A stretch of 51,637 nucleotides of DNA from Nemertoderma westbladi. Lineage: Eukaryota; Animalia; Xenacoelomorpha. A program made the position numbers and the translations under genes. The stretch covers positions 1 to 51,637 of the forward strand of contig JAUCBJ010000243.1 of assembly GCA_032718475.1 (NCBI GenBank), given 5' to 3'. The number at the start of each line of letters is the position of its first letter. The first letter of the stretch is position 1. Below are positions 11,684 through 25,040 of the stretch, piece by piece. The notes below the pieces were generated by a model. The model ran no database searches. It was not told the DNA's origin and saw only the letters and a list, made by a program, of their open reading frames with translations.

Positions 11684-13693
11684 CATAGTTGTCACATCCC
11701 GGGATATCCCGGTAGGATATCCTAGTATACAGTCCCTATCTCAATATAGATTCCATTTCTCAAACTGGGTACCTTTTCTCTTACCTACCTCTTACTAGCT
11801 CAACCCTTTGGGTTTACTCAAACCTTTGGGTTTACTCAAACCTTTGGGTTTACTCAAATCTTTGGGTTTACTCAAACTCAAACTCGCGTGACCCCCCATT
11901 GTAGCATTCATACAGCAAACCTGGGAGTTGAATGGCTCACTTGCTTCTCATAAACATTGGCATGGGCTCTGTGTCTCGAATCTGCTATAATTTCCCTGTT
12001 TGAGAGTAATTAAACACCCCCCCTGATAGACAGTGAGGATTAATTTGCAGTCTCACTGAGTTATGTATTAATTAATTTACTTCTTTAAATTTATTTTTAA
12101 TAAAATCAGAATAATTATATTATAAATTATTAAATGGAAGATCTTTCTTCCCGGTTACATTTATAAAATATGTCTGACTCATATCTTAACATTATTTTAT
12201 TAATTATAAACTTTATTTACACTTTAAAACATAATATAAAATGGGGGTGGTGGTGGTGGCCCAAGTGGACTCTCCGCCTACCCTTCCAACACGACTTATA
12301 AAATATATTATATAATGGACATTATAATGATAACTGTGTCCATTTATAGTTAGTAACGAATATGACACCTTCCTGGAAAATGTCAATGATTCTGGCAAAC
12401 CAGCAAACAGCACAACCGCCGAAGCCTCTACCTATAAACTAATTATATTTCATTAAGTACCTATTATATTTCACACTGAGTGTCTTTATTTGTGTGTTGT
12501 GTTTATTTTTGGTGGTGCACCCCAACAAAATTCATGAAATTACTTATTCAAACCTTCTCTACACACAGACGTTTAAACAATGCCGGAGTGGTTCCCACAA
12601 AGTAATGAATTGATTGACATGTCTTTTATGAACCACACCATAAGCCGGGCCTATCCAGCTTATGTAATTCAGCCCATTAACTCAAGAGCCCAAGCAGCAG
12701 ACAGAGCACAGAGGCAGGCCACTTGCCTTTCACGCGATGTCTCACTCAACCAGAGTAATTACCCACACCTTACAGGTACAGTAATGCTGAGAATGGCCTT
12801 TTGGAGGTCAACCTAACTCAAACCGTGGCGCCTATAGAGTTTGAGTTAGTTTGAGCTGGGTGCGTTGTTCTGATTTCTCAAATCTTACCTCACTCTTACC
12901 TGCCGAAATTCTCCGTTGACTATCATTAGTAAAAGGTTTGAGAAATGATACCCAGTTTGAGAAATGAAATTCAGAATGAGATAGAGACTGTATTCCTCAG
13001 TATATCCCGGGATTATGGGTCTGAAATCATGGGATACACCGGGATAATATTAATTAAAAGTACTCAATTACACATGTGAATTTTACCCATTTACATTGTT
13101 TACATATATGATTTACTCAATATTATTTTACTTTACTCTTTACTCAATATTATGTAATTTACCCAATATTAATAATAAAGTAAAGAAATTGAGTCAGTCA
13201 TCAAGTGAGTGAGTTTAGCAGTTTTAAAGTTCTATTGAGTTGGAATTGGGAGTCGTCAGTCAGTGGTCAGGGTAATCTTCTTTATCAGCTTTAACTTTCA
13301 AAACCTTCAAACATTTCACCATTTTGGATACCATTTCTGGTCGAAGTTTGCCTTTTGAGATAAGAGGGAAGGTAGTTGCGGCAATCATGAAAATTTCTTT
13401 CAACTGAACAATTATTTGGTACAACTGAAAATAACTGCACTGCAAAGACAGCAAGTTTTGTTTTCTTTTTACTGATCATATGTCCTTTGCTTGTGGGGAT
13501 CAATTGATGAATGCTTTGCAGCTGTTATGAAGTCCATATAAGTTGATTCGTCAAGATGCAGTATACACACAGTATAAGGCTGCATAACATAGCAGCACCA
13601 ATGTTCCGGGAATTACCCCCAATTTCCTGAGATATACCAAATATCCCGGGATATCCCGACTAAAATTATTTTTCGTAATTTATGTCAACTATG
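11684..13693 (-). mobile_element. hAT DNA transposon, internal-deletion derivative
   Basis: Termini catagttg...caactatg; 8-bp TSD gtgttgag / gtgttgtg; subterminal atcccgggat repeats; dimerization-domain remnant KLAVFAVQLFSVVPNNCSVERNF at 13291-13503. Confidence 0.85.
11730..12990. mobile_element. Tc1/mariner/pogo-type MITE nested in the hAT element
   Basis: ta-cagtccctatctca...tgagatagagactg-ta; TIRs of ~45 bp, TA TSD; 18-bp tandem ctcaaacctttgggttta x4 at 11799-11880. Confidence 0.8.
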
Positions 13694-14130
13694 GTGTTGT
13701 GGGTCTTTCCACATCATTATCATTAGCAGCATTATCATATCATTTTTAATGATCATGTCACTTGTTTTTGCTTTGCATAAGAAGTTAAAAATGGGGGAAT
13801 GTACGTACAGTATTTACAGTATACCAGTTATTGGCAATGTATGCTATCTAGTGTAATCAAGATGGTACCATAGGCAGTACGATACCCTCAACCACCTATG
13901 TAGCTTGTGCAGTCGGCATCTGTGATGAATGACTTACTGTTAGGCTAACCTCAGCCTTACTGTAGAATACAATACAATTCTACTGAAAAAATACTGTTAC
14001 TTTAATTCACAACGTTATATAGCACCACATAGCCCAACATTGAGTTTTCCTTATTTCGAAGCGTAGTCACACCGACTTGAAAATAAAAATAAACATTGTA
14101 TTTATAATGGAATAATGTAAAAGTAATAAC

Positions 14131-14262
14131 CTTCGCATTGATTTGGTTGGTGTGTTGCGACAAAACCAGTTTTACAGTTACAATCATATCCATCTTCTCT
14201 GTTTGAACAAGATGTTGAGACTTCATCACAATTATCCACTTCTTCGGCACATTCATCTCTAT
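14131..14262 (-). CDS. Host gene exon, cbEGF: DRDECAEEVDNCDEVSTSCSNREDGYDCNCKTGFVATHQPNQCE
   Basis: 132 bp, phase 1-1, catatag acceptor and gttatt donor, 6 Cys, CxNxxxxY. Confidence 0.9.
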
Positions 14263-14639
14263 CTATATGGAACAAATTCATTTAGTAATGCCGCAGTTAA
14301 CTGGACATAAAGCACATAATGTAGTATATTTCTGCATGCTTATTTATAATATGGTAAAAAAATTTCATATCATTATTATATTTCAAGTTATATAAAAAAG
14401 ATTAATGTTTAAAAAAAATTCGTTTCAATGAGTTAAAAATAAAAGAGCAAAGGAGTCAAATGCTACTCAAAACTGGTAGAGTGCTCATAACAACATACAC
14501 TTGTATTATTGTTATAATTGTCGTCAGTTGTGCAACGGAATTGGAAGACATGGCCAAGATATTTGTACTCACTTATGGTCTCTATCTATAGTGTGTCCTT
14601 AGAGATACTGATTCCTTAATGGTAATTGGTAAGGAACTG

Positions 14640-15850
14640 CAAACTTCTGGCACCTTCACACATATATATTGTTTGACTGTTTGGATTCGAATCCGTGGAA
14701 CATACCAAATGTTATTATTCCAAAATTGTAACATTTTCAACGCCGTTGGTATTAACAGGTGTCTAACAGAGAATTTTCACTTTCAGGCACTTTCTCATTT
14801 GTAGATAAAATTAGAAAACTGGATTTTAAGAACAAAGTTATCATTGTTGTAGTTTCGATATTGCATTTATTTCTTAATAAAGCAATTGATATTGTGATTA
14901 ACAAACTATTTCCTGTATTCACAGACACTAACGCACCCCACCTACCACAGATTTTGAAGTGGCAAGTCCCACAAGGAACATTTTATAGCTTATTAAGAAT
15001 GTGTTTAAATAGATAATCAGTTTGTTTTTAATGAAAAACTGAATAAACGAATTGCATCACCATGGGGTTCTCATTGAGTGCAGATATAGCCAGATATTTT
15101 CACGAAAAGCAACGACTACATAATTGCCCATCTCAAATTAAACCATTACTTTACCAGAGGTATATGGATGACACTTTTCTAATTTTTTTTTCAAAATAAA
15201 CTCCAATCTGAACAGTTTTTGAACTACTTTTAAACAACCAACATCGTAATATCACCACGGAACATGCCTTCCTAGATGTTAAAGTGACCCAACTCAAAGA
15301 TTTTCAATTTATAACTTCTGTCTCTGTCTACTGTAAACCTTTACCAGCTTATATACTTATTTTTCAAATTTATCCCATTTTAATATAAATTTGGGTTGAT
15401 ATTTACACACGAATTTTTCGAATATTTGAAATTAGTCTTACCTTATTTTCAATACCAAACTTATAACATTGAAGAAGAATATTCTATTATTAAATGGTTA
15501 CCACCCTGGTGAACTTATTGATAGAGTATTAAAAATGTTCTTGGAGAAACAACATCCCTCTCCCAACTCACAGCCACATGACATACAGTAGATAAAAAAA
15601 CCAGTTTACTCCATCATCTCCTTTACAGGATCCCACAGTTGCCTATTTAGAAATAGACTAAATAAACATGTCTGCGAAACCTTCCCCCACATAGAATTAA
15701 AAGTAATTTTCAAGCTCCAATAACGTTTATCTGCCATGTTTAGATATAAAGATCGCTTGCCACCCAACATGCTTTTCAATACAGTGTACCAATTTTCCTG
15801 TGGAGGTTGTAGTGCCTCTTACATCGGTAAAACAAAACGACACTTATTTT
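14640..15850 (+). mobile_element. Penelope-like retroelement (RT plus GIY-YIG), heavily decayed
   Basis: SFDI, MG..LS and KPLLYQRYMDDTFLIF RT motifs; VYQFSCGGCSASYIGKTKRHL GIY-YIG start. Confidence 0.85.
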
Positions 15851-16455
15851 CAACTATTCTCTAGCGGAAGACCAGGGGGGGGGGGGGGGGGGGTGGGGTC
15901 GGCAAGTGAAGCAGCAAGATTCTTCTTTTTTATTTTAGAAATTTTTTATGTATATTTAAGGTGTTTTAGGTGTATATTATAACGTATTAGCTTTTTAGGT
16001 ATATTTTATGATGTTTTGTTTCAGTAATAACAATTATAATATTTCTAGTAATAATAATTATAATGAAATGAAACTAAATTAATAATAATTACAACAGTTC
16101 CAGTTATTGAGGATTGGATAGAGTAAACTTCTCCACAATATCCGCAGCTTTGATCTTCACCTCCCGGTTGATCGAGAGTGGGACAATCCATCCAGCCAAC
16201 TAGCAGCCATAGTGGAGCATGGGTATGTCTTCAACAACCATAGGTTAGAGAAACTCCTCTCACTGGTTGCCAGTCACAGGAAGAGTTGCAAAGATCTGCA
16301 ATAAGGTACTCATGTTGGGGAGGAAAGTGATGTGCTTGCAGTCCTTCCACACCTTGCTAACAGATTATGGAAGGCCCTTGTCTAGATGGGCCTTCTTCTA
16401 GTCTTCCCAGTAGCTGAAGTACTGGTCTAACTCTCCAAGTAATTCACTTAGCATC

Positions 16456-16649
16456 TGTAAAGTACTGAAGTACCAGTAGGCAGTAGATATACTGCCAGAC
16501 TGCTGTGTATTAAATATGGGATTGCCAGATGACAAAGTACAGAAGTACTTATGTTATATATTGAATACTTGACTTTCCATAGGCCTGTAGGCCTACATAT
16601 ATATAAGTATATAATATCACTTAAGGGTAACTTAGATCAACACTGTACA
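16456..16649 (-). repeat. 3' LTR (194 bp); PPT tggggggagg adjacent at 16650-16659
   Basis: Differs from 22063-22257 by one substitution and one indel. Confidence 0.97.
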
Positions 16650-16970
16650 CCTCCCCCCATGATCTTTGAACTCAAAAGATCAGAAATAAACAAAAAAAAA
16701 AATAATCATACTAAATCCTCTAACAAAAATATGGTCCTAAATATATAATCAATACACAATCAATAATCTTGACTCGATATATATAGATATACTCTAAAAC
16801 AATATACATCCCTTTTCAGTTTTTGATTCTAAATTATATACCATCTTTCATATTCAAAATAGCTTAAACATAATCTATTACAATACAATACAAATTACTC
16901 AAAATTAATTCAATCTTCATTCTTAGTCATTTATTGTAATAATCTTAAAAATAATACCAAGGAACATTAT

Positions 16971-18323
16971 TTACTTAATCAATTGTCCATATCGGTTTGG
17001 TAACTGTTTTGCTCTGATGCTTCGCCGAAGGGGTAGATCTACAATTACAGTATCTGAAGCCATTTCTTTGTATTTATTATCACTATCATTTATATTGCTA
17101 TTTATCAAAGGTTCTGGGCGTAAAAAACGCCTATTTCTCAGCAGGATACGACCAGATGGAAATGCAACGTAATAACTATGACCATTATCTCTTATATCAG
17201 TTATTCGACCTACTCGATCCCATAACTTTGTCCTGACATCCTGAACAAATACAGAGGTGCCTATGGAGAGAGGTTTGAGTGGATGTGTGTGTAAGTCGTA
17301 TCTTGATTTTGTCACCCAACGTTTTTTATCCACTATTTTTCTATCAATTTCGTCAAATACTTTATTCCACTGAAAGTCCAAGGCTTCTTTGCTTGCAGGG
17401 AGACGAGTGCGCATTAGTCTTCCATATAGTAGTACTGAAGGAGCTGGAGTATCACCATCACGGGGAGTATTTCTCCACTCTAATATTGCTTCTTTGAATC
17501 CTTCATGATTTAATTGGCCATTAGTTGAAGTATATTTTTTAATTAAAGATTTCATTGATTTTATACCAGCTTCGGCATGACCATTAGATTGGGGATAATA
17601 TGCACTACTAAGGGTGTGGTCTATATGCCAATTGTTGCAAAAAGTATTGAACTCTGCTGAAGCATATTGTGATCCACCATCTGATCGCATTTTCACAGGA
17701 ACGCCTGTATCGCAAAACAGATCGATTAGTTTTGAAGTTATTTGGGATGTTGTTGGAGGTTTATTGAACAAAATAACTATTGGCCATCCAGAAAAACGGT
17801 CCACATATATGAGATATATATTATTTCCATAGCTACAAAGGTCAGTCGAGACATTTTCAAATGGTCGAGTCGGATTAACATCAAGAGTCATTGGTTCTGG
17901 TGCCTGACTGGGTCTATATTTTTGACAATTATGACAGTTCTCAACAGTGTTGGTTATATCACTATTCATTCCTGGCCAATAATATAATCGGCGGGCTCTT
18001 TCTTTGGATCGACGAATTCCTTGATGTGGTACATGTAATCGACGCAGAACCTCATTTCTGGCCTTTTTTGGTACAACAATACGATCTCCATACAAGATTA
18101 GCTCATTACATATTGAAAGGTCTTTAATTATGTTTTTGAACATAATTAACTCTTGAGGTATCTTGTAACATCCAGAAATAATATGAGAAATAAGGAGTTT
18201 ATATTCGGTATCTTCACTAACAGCTTTCGTAAATAGAGTGTGCGATGGGTCAATATCATTAGAATTTACTGTAATGACTTCGTTTACTTGAGTGATGATC
18301 TCATTTACTTGATCTATATCCTC
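16971..18323 (-). pseudogene. pol: Gypsy integrase region, shifted out of frame by a 133-bp duplication
   Basis: LH..HQG...YYWPGM...C..CQ zinc finger; STD, SDGG.QY and SNGHAE DDE motifs. Confidence 0.92.
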
Positions 18324-18456
18324 TAAGGAGTTTATATTCGGTATCTTCACTAACAGCTTTCGTAAATAGAGTGTGCGATGGGTCAATATCATTAGAATTT
18401 ACTGTAATGACTTCGTTTACTTGAGTGATGATCTCATTTACTTGATCTATATCCTC
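18191..18456. repeat. Perfect 133-bp tandem duplication in pol
   Basis: 18191-18323 equals 18324-18456. Confidence 0.95.
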
Positions 18457-21400
18457 TTTATCAGGTTGAGATACAGGTGCTCTAGATAGAGCATCGGCAA
18501 AGCCATTATTCTTACCCGGTATCCATGTAGCAGTAAAGTTATATCCAATAAGCTTTTCTTTGATTCTCTGAAGTCGTAAATTACCTATTTTGTCCAATAT
18601 TTTACTATTTAATATGGTGATTAGAGGTTTATGATCTGTGTTAACAGAAAAATTTGGGCAACCTTGTAAATATACTCTGCATTTCGTTACTGCCCATTGA
18701 ACAGCTAACAGCTCACGTTCAATGACAGCCCAATTCGACTCTGTGGGAGTGACAAAACGGCTTCCACAGGTTACTATACACCAATTGCTGTCATGTTTTT
18801 GCATGAGTACATATCCAATACCATCTTTAGAGGCATCTGTGTGTAGTGAAATTGGTAATGTTTTATCAAATGGTTGAAGGGCCGGTAAACAAGTAAGTAA
18901 ATTTTTGGTTGCATTGAAAGCTTGTGTATGATCATGGGTCCATACAAATGCATTCTTAGGGCTCAACAAACCACGTAATGGTGCAGATATCTGAGCCAGA
19001 TTTGGTGTAAACATTTGAAGTTGTGTAATAATACCAAAAAAAGATTTCAACATGGAAATGTCTTTTGGTATTGGGAATTCTCTAATAGCTTCCATCTTTA
19101 ATGGATCACCATGAATACCATTTCGCCCGATGCGCATTCCAATAAATTCCACTTCTGGCTGGGCGAAGATAAATTTATCTTTTGACAATGTAATCTTGTA
19201 TTGTCTACATCGGTCTAGTATGGATCTCACAACAGTCACATGTTCTTCAAATGTAACTGTGTGAACCAGCATATCATCTACAACTTTTTCTACTGAAGGG
19301 ATTCCAGATATTGCTGTATCTCCCCATATACAATATACATCACCAGTTGAACTAAGGCCCATTGGGGCTCGAAGAAAATCATAGCAACCCCATGGAGTTA
19401 GGAATGTTGTATATTTTTGGCTATTGAATTCAAGAGGAACTTGCCAGTATCCTTTCACTGCATCTAAAGTTGAGAAAAACTGACACCCATTATTTAAATT
19501 TGCAACGATATCAGCAGGACACTTAAATGGATGTACCGGGCGTTCTATGTATTGATTTAGAGCAGTGTAGTCCAAACATATTCGAATCCCACCTCGTGGT
19601 TTTTGTATAACCACCATTGGAGAAATCCATTCTGGGGGTTCAGCATCAGATTCTAATTTTTTAATTACTCCTAGTTTGGTCATATTTTCTAATTCTGCCT
19701 TTGTGTCTGCCTCTAGATGAACAGGGATTTTTCTTGCAGTATATATCTTAGATGGAATTGCATTTTGTTTAAGGTGTATTTTCATTGGAGTTATGTCCAT
19801 AGCCTGGAACTGTTCAGTATCAAAGACATCAGAATATTCATCTAATAATGTTGATCGCACATTATTAGCTGATGATACTTCTTGGACATAAAGATCCCTG
19901 CTATCTTTTGGAAATATATATGGAAGGGGAAAACATTCTGGTATGATTTTTAATTGTTTCAGGGTAAACCAGGGTAGCAAAAAGGTAGATGCTGTTTCAG
20001 TAACCACTGCATTGATTATAGCCTTATGTCCATAGTAATGTAATTTTAAAGTTATGATACCAATGGATTGGATTACAGTACCGTTTGCAGCAAATACCTT
20101 CGGCTTGTGAGATTTTTTAATCTCCATTATTAAATCATTGTCTTTTATTAGACCATATGGTACGATTGGGGCATCTGCACCAGTATCTGGAAGTGAGTCA
20201 CAAACAAAAATGGCATTATTTTGTGTTCCACATACATTAATTCGTATCAATGGTGCAGAATGTGAAAATTTAATTTGAGTAATATGAACTTCATCTGAGA
20301 TCACATTAATATTAACGCCAGCACGATAAACATAGGATGATTGGTCACTGTCATCATCCCCTTCATCGCATTGTTTATTATATTCAATTTGATTAATTTG
20401 TCGTTGTTGAAAAGATTGCATAGCTGGGTTTGCTTTACAAGCAAATGAGAAGTGTCCCTTTCTCCCACAATTGACACATAATTTCCCACTGGCTGGACAG
20501 TTTTGTCTATTATTTTCATGTGGTGATGGTCCACCACACCAAGGGCAATTCCGGCTTTTTGAGAATGTAGATTGGGTTTGTGTATTGCCTTTACCCCTAT
20601 AAATAGGATAAGTTTTCTTTGACCGTGCTGGAAGTTGTTGCGTTTTTAAAACTTGAAGTGCATGAATTATATCAGAATCAGTACCTTTACTATTTAACAT
20701 TGTTTCTCGAATTTCATCAATAGTAAATGTATATTGTGGTACCGGTATTTCAACAGCCCCATCTGGGGACGAAATTGTTTGTATATTGTGTATTAATTGA
20801 TCACGGTTTGGTTGTTTGGAAACATTTGATTCATGGTCACCGTGTTCAAATGCAATACATTCATTTCTAACGTCATCTAAGGTAGGGTGCCCCATTTGTA
20901 AAGCAAATAATTTCCGTTGGAGTTCAATGTTTATGACACCTTGACATATTTGGACCATTAAGTTGCGGTCTATACATCTGTGGCATGGTTCAGTTAATTC
21001 TTGCAGGCCACGCAGGCGAACAAAAAAATCATTAAATGGTTCACCAGCGACCTGATGACAACTGTTGAATTCGACACATCTGCGAATCCAACTACATTTT
21101 TTTTTGTAATATTCATGGAGAATGTCCAGAATTTCATCAACAGTATGTTGTGGTGTGACATTAAGGGACAGACGACTTGTAGTTTATAATTCTGGAGAAA
21201 TACATGCTTGAAGTTGAGCAATTTGGTAATCATGCTCCATGTGTTGCATCGCATTTATACGGAAAAATTGGAGGAAATTAATTTTCCATGTATTGTAGTC
21301 TGCAAGAGAAACGTCTTTGTTCAGACGATCTGGCTGACAGGTTCGATCTATGCGTGGATTTTTAATATGTGTACCGGTAGCTACTGGATCAGCAGGCCTA

Positions 21401-21807
21401 CCATTAGTATTAACATCACTAACCTGAGAATGATTTAAAATGTTCAAAGTACTTGAGTACCGGTAACTTAATTCTTGAACCCGGTCGCGGAATTCTACAA
21501 CATTATCTTCCAGTGAATTCGCATATAATGTTTCTTTGTCACCATCCTTTGTAGGTTCTAACACCTGGACATTGTGGTGTGCTTCGAAATATTTGTTTGC
21601 AGCCATTTGAAAATCTGTTAATCGGCTTGTTACTGCTTCAATTATTAATGGCGTTAATTGTTCATGGTCCATGGTGGTATATTTTTGTAGCGAGTCCTCA
21701 AGGCGTCTCATTGCTGTAGTAACACGTCCCTTGAAGGCTGATCGCGAATATTTGGCTGCTGTAATAGATGTAGCTGTAGTACCGGTACCGGTGCCGGTAT
21801 CCGTCAT
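18324..21807 (-). pseudogene. gag-pol: Gypsy gag-PR-RT-RNaseH in one frame, with an in-frame TAA at 21184-21186
   Basis: ORFs 21184-21807 and 18301-20958 share a frame; double zinc knuckle CPWCG..H..CPA..CVNCGRKGHFSFAC; DTGA protease; LDAVKGYWQ and VVDD RT; TDAS..ERELLAV..TDHKPL RNase H. Confidence 0.93.
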
Positions 21808-22050
21808 GTTGCTATGTTGAGCTGTAGGTGCTTATTGTAAGCACCCTGACACCTGTTGTAGGCTAGGTTATAGGCCTATTGGTAGGCCTATATGTCTGTA
21901 GAGCTGTAGATTGTAGGTTATCTTGTTGGCTAACCAATGATGGGGTAGGCCTATTGCAGTATTGTTTGTAGACCAGTTGAGTTTTAAGACCTATTATTTA
22001 TTTGTTCCATCTTGTAGTGTGTAGTGCCGCAGTGTATTTGTATTTCCAGA

Positions 22051-22062
22051 TTCGCAGCGCCA
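22051..22062 (-). other. Primer binding site TGGCGCTGCGAA, probably tRNA-Ser primed
   Basis: Directly follows the 5' LTR and starts with TGG; the tRNA identity is an inference. Confidence 0.75.
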
Positions 22063-22257
22063 TGTAAAGTACTGAAGTACCAGTAGGCAGTAGATATACT
22101 GCCAGACTGCTGTGTATGAAAATATGGGATTGCCAGATGACAAAGTACAGAAGTACTTATGTTATATATTGAATACTTGACTTTCCATAGGCCTGTAGGC
22201 CTACATATATATAAGTATATAATATCACTTAAGGGTAACTTAGATCAACACTGTACA
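22063..22257 (-). repeat. 5' LTR (195 bp)
   Basis: Matches the 3' LTR; flanked by TSD gcatc at 22258-22262. Confidence 0.97.
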
Positions 22258-24664
22258 GCATCCCAGGGAGGTCATCTTCCTACAAAGCATTAGCATTCAT
22301 TATGGCTCCGATGCCAACCATGTTTCTAATATCTCTGACGTTGCAAGACTTGGAGAGAGCCAGGTTCAAGCAGCGGGAGAAGCAGTGTGTAAAACGCCAG
22401 TGGTTATTTCTACAATATCCTAGCCTGGACACCTCGAAACTGGGCCGACATGTTGGATGTGCCATCATACCCTTGTCCCCTCATGTCCCCAATGGGGATT
22501 TCTGATGTTTCAAAGAATGACTTTGACAAGCTGATCAGTCAAGACTTTACCTGTCATTGATGTCATCCCCAAGTAACCTATGAAGGCTTCCTCAACTTCC
22601 CCTGTGACATTGTTGAAAAACCAAACCGATATTGAGACCTGCTCCTTCCCAGACACGTCTGTGGTTTCGTCCTCCATTACTTGGTTCCACAATTTTGTCT
22701 TAACATATTTACAAACGCTTACCAGTTTTAATTACATTTATATTAAGTTTAATAAAATTATGTATAATAAGAATATTTGTCAACAAATTTACTATAGAAT
22801 TTAACAAACATCTCAAGTTTTATTATAACTATATTAGTCATTTTCTTTGTTAAATTTGATAAAACAATATTGTTGCATCACAATCATGAATCATCACATA
22901 GCAGCAACCAATAACGTATGAGATCTGAAGATACAAGGTGTGTGTGTATGTACTGCCTGTTGATGTGCCTGTAATACTAGTGTTCTTTCAAACTTTTGTA
23001 TAGTACTAGAGCTAATTACTTTACATGTGTTTACACAGGTCAACCCAGGTTGCCAGCAATGCAATTTTGCAGGAGTACCATTACAGTATATGTCTGTATG
23101 TGCTGCACTGACTCAATTTCAGAATTTTAAAGGTAAAAGGCATCCCATCCACAGTAAACACACAAATCTGCAAATGACAACAGCACAACACCTATTGAAA
23201 AGTTTTAAACTGTATGCTGAACAGCTCAATATCTCGATATGCTCAATAACTTATTCTCCAGCTTCATATGCTCAATTTCTTATTCTCCAGCTCCCCTTCC
23301 AATTTCTATTTCTAGACCTCAACGAGCTCTATTGCTCCCAATTTGGACAGCCATGGTATCGGACCCATTTACATCTTGTTATTTTCGCTGGAGGAAAAGA
23401 GATACAGCTCGATAACTAGTAACTCAACCCTTCTACCAGAGGAAATCGATTTCAAATGCATTCAATTTAAAGAACAAAGAGAGTCCTTCTGGTTTTGTTA
23501 AAGCTGTTTACCTTGGCCATTCTAGTCCTGAAGAAGATATTCAAATAAAAGAATGTCATCTACAACTTGAGGCTAACAATAATCCATCATTGAGTGCTAA
23601 TTGTAGCTTCAGATTTCTAGATGAGTCTCTCAATCGCAATGTTTATATTATTGCAGATTCCCAATGAATCAGTTCAACTGATTTTTTAAATCCTGTAGGG
23701 GAAGAAGAGGAGAGTCGGATTGGTTCTTTCAGTGTTACTGGAAATGTGGTTGCCATTGAAGATGATGGTGAAGAGAGCTATGACATTGGAGATATTGGCA
23801 ATGACAACTACACTAGGTTTACCAGACCACAATCATTAAAGCTATAAATAAAATACCAAAGCTATAAATACACTTGTTGCGGACTAAGCATAATAAACAT
23901 TCAAATGAACTAAACTGTAATCTCTGCAAGCTTCAGAAAAGTTATCATTGAACAAATATGGGTAATGATGGATTCCCATCTCCAAATCCACTCACAGGTT
24001 CCTGTCAATTTCGAAGGACGAAATCTGGTGAACTTAGGAAGCATAAATTTAAATCCTACCGCATATGGCTTGGAAGTGATGTGGCTAATGGTAAGAGTTG
24101 CCATGAGGAATAGCTTGGATGTTGGGATGGTAACTCACAATTACTTGGATTGAATGTGATGGATTGAATTAATCAGATTGATATGATTATCTTATATATC
24201 TTATATATATTGCAGGTACTGTATTTTACACAATGTACAAATACAAGTGGATTCTGGATGTTCTACCATGATATCGGTTTAAAAGGATATAGTAGTAGCG
24301 ATTCTCAGGGTTGTTTGTATTCTATAATTACAGATTATATATTGTTTATTATGCAATTGACCATTAATAAACCGCCAGTAAAGACAGTAAAGAATCGTAA
24401 CAAGATCAACATAGACACACAAACAGTTTTTGCTTTTTTTATTTCTATTTAGTATTTATTTTTTTAGTCCTGTTTAAATTACTTAATAATTTATACAATC
24501 TATGGATGTTAAAACATATAAACAATAATATTCGTTTGCAGTACAGGTCATAGCTGCTTCTGTATTAGGATACAGATTAAATCCATCCATAAGGGCGGAC
24601 TGTATTCAATAGCAACCGTAAGGTAGCTTACCACCTATAGCAAATCAATCGGAAAGATGCAGAA

Positions 24665-24736
24665 GCCTCCGTGGTGTAGTGGTTAGCATACCTGAACGTT
24701 TATCGAGAGACGCGGGTTCAATCCCCGCTGGTGGCA
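24665..24736 (+). ncRNA. tRNA-like Pol III unit (pseudo-tRNA), copy 1
   Basis: A box TGGTGTAGTGG, B box GGTTCAATCCC, perfect T-arm GCGGG/CCCGC, T6 terminator; non-canonical anticodon loop ACGTTTA. Confidence 0.7.
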
Positions 24737-24968
24737 AATTCATTTTTTCCGCTCCATTTGCTATAGAGTTGGATCATCCTAAGTCCTGTTTAAATTACTT
24801 AATAATTTATACAATCTATGGATGTTAAAACATATAAACAATAATATTCGTTTGCAGTACAGGTCATAACTGCTACTGTATTAGGATACAGATTAAATCC
24901 ATCCGTAAGGGTATAGCAACCGTAAGGTAGCTTACCACCTATAGCAAATCAATCGGAAAGATGCAGGA

Positions 24969-25040
24969 GCCTCCGCGGTGAAGTGGTTAGCATACCTGAA
25001 CGTTTATTGGGACACGCGGGTTCAATCCCTGCTGGTGGCG
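24969..25040 (+). ncRNA. tRNA-like Pol III unit (pseudo-tRNA), copy 2
   Basis: Same layout as copy 1; anticodon stem CCTGA/TTGGG pairs fully with G-U. Confidence 0.65.

Larger units (their letters stand above)
16456..22257 (-). mobile_element. Full-length Ty3/Gypsy (Mag-like) LTR retrotransposon, 5802 bp
   Basis: TG...CA LTRs, 5-bp TSD gcatc on both sides, PBS, PPT, gag-PR-RT-RH-IN order. Confidence 0.97.
15862..22700 (-). mobile_element. hAT (ZMYM1/PRKRIR-like) transposase remnant, split by the Gypsy insertion (pieces 15862-16455 and 22258-22700)
   Basis: DETTDVSGKEQVSI catalytic motif at 22510-22692; LLQIFATLPVT dimerization motif near 16270-16320. Confidence 0.75.

Noticed and set aside
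21184-21186. Programmed gag-pol readthrough codon
   Set aside because: The stop lies mid-gag, upstream of the zinc knuckles, so a nonsense mutation is the simpler explanation.
23000-24450. Short ORFs 23027-23419, 23910-24104 and 24183-24452 as genes
   Set aside because: No recognisable motifs or convincing splice structure; left unannotated.
24665-25040. Functional tRNA-Asn(GTT) genes
   Set aside because: The anticodon loop lacks U33 and a purine at 37, the acceptor stem has a mismatch, and the units sit in a dispersed repeat.
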